Assembly: GCF_018350175.1 (NCBI RefSeq)
Contig: NC_058368.1
Coordinates: 130,202,001-130,266,000, forward strand
Origin: Felis catus
Taxonomy: Eukaryota
DNA: 64,000 bases
Reading direction: 5' to 3'
Shown here: positions 62,790 through 64,000 of the stretch, piece after piece
How the letters are laid out: each line of letters begins with the position of its first letter
How positions within the stretch are numbered: position 1 is the first letter of the stretch
Notes under the pieces: generated by a model
Seen by the model: the letters and a program-made list of their open reading frames with translations, nothing else
Databases searched by the model: none
What the model was told of the DNA's origin: nothing
Program-made: the position numbers and the translations under genes

Positions 62790-63830
62790 TGTTTTTAGTT
62801 CACTGATCTTTTATTCTTTTGCTATATGTAGATAATTTCATTTGGGTTATTTCATTTCATATTGTATATTTTATCTCCAAAAGTTTATTTGGGTGTTTTT
62901 ATGTCTTTAGTATTTTCCTTTTCCTCATGCTCTTAGTTTCTCCTAACTTCTTAAACAAGAGAGTATAGAGATAATAGCGGATTATCTATATTACGTATAG
63001 ATATATTCTTAAATGTGTGGACTATATGTATAGAGATATAATATGTTGCTATTTGCTAATTCTATAATTTTTGTCCTTTCTGGATCTGTTTCTATTGATT
63101 GATTTTTCTCATGGTTATGGTTCGTATTTTTCTGATATTTTTGCATGCCTGGTCATTCTAGATTAGATGCTGGATATTGTAAATTTCACGTTGATAGTTC
63201 ATGGATTTTGTCGTATTCGTTTATATATTGTTGGGCTTTGTTCTGGGACATAGGAAAATTATGTGAAATTGGTTTGATCCTTCCAAAGCTTCTTTTAAAA
63301 CTTTGTGTGTGCTGGGTCAGCCCTTAGTCAAGGACTAATTTTTCCCCACTACCAAAGTACTATCTTTTGGAGGATTCTACCAAAGCCCTAGGTATTAGAA
63401 GTATTTTCACTCTGGGTGGTAGGAATAAAAATTTTCCTTAGTCCTGTGTGAACTCTAAAGATTTTTTGCCTACTTCTTCCAGAAAGTTGTTTTCCAGGGC
63501 CTTTGGTGCTTTCTTCTTATATATGAAAAGATCAGTACTCAGCCAAAGACTTTAGGAACCCTTCTGAAGACCTCTGCAGATAACTCTCTGTGCAGTTCCT
63601 TCCTGTCTTTTATTTCATCCCACAAATTCTGGACATCTTGGCCCCTCCAATACCATATTTCTCTCTTCCCAGCTCAGTGAGTTGGTGGAGCTCCGTTTGG
63701 ATTTCTACTAATCTCATTTGTTTCCCTTATTTTCAGGGAGTATGTTTTCCATTACCACGTGTTTCCCAACGTATAAAAAATGTAGATTTTGTTTTACTTA
63801 GTTTCTAATTCAAAATGTCATTTTAAGAAT
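62790..63830 (-). mobile_element. Ancient L1M 5'/ORF1-region remnant
   Basis: TTCACTGATCTTT, GGATCTGTTTCTATTGATTG, TTTGCATGCCTGGT, GATCAGTACTCAGCCAAAGACT. Confidence 0.65.
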
Positions 63831-64000
63831 AAATCCAGTTCCTATTACTCAGTTTTGGACTGCAGTGAAAGTTGGTGATTTTGAACCTCAGTAAAGTTAC
63901 CCTGGCGTGGAAACTGGGCCCTTGGAATAGGTTGAGACAACTGGTCATTGTTCTTTCTGAAGGCTACTTCTAATGGCTGCTCAGGACCCACAAAATCTAT

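Noticed and set aside
1..64000. CRISPR arrays, operons, rRNA, intact ERV genes, viral or mitochondrial insertions
   Set aside because: None seen; the sequence is mammalian intronic or intergenic DNA throughout.

Overview
Mammalian, very probably felid (cat-like), nuclear DNA. The evidence is about 20 tRNA-derived carnivore SINEs (Can-SINE/SINEC), two of them near-consensus felid SINEC_Fc-type copies, plus carnivore L1 3' ends. The window is AT-rich and dominated by repeats: L1, L2, MIR, MaLR LTRs, hAT/MER remnants and microsatellites. No protein-coding gene could be recognised, and the listed ORFs are L1 ORF2 debris, SINE read-throughs or chance. It looks like a long intron or 5'-UTR region of an unidentified + strand gene. 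Candidate exons lie at 11715-11825, 32535-32567 and 43278-43343, and the last follows a promoter-like segment at about 42640-42830. The best-supported unusual structures are retrotransposition footprints: a probable L1 3' transduction whose target site was re-used by a SINE (8520-10582), two twin-primed inverted L1s, a solo poly(A) insertion with a target-site duplication (TSD), a micro template-switch inversion, and nested or inverted SINE arrangements. Repeat family names come from recall of consensus sequences, not from a database search. No convincing novel multi-gene system was found.
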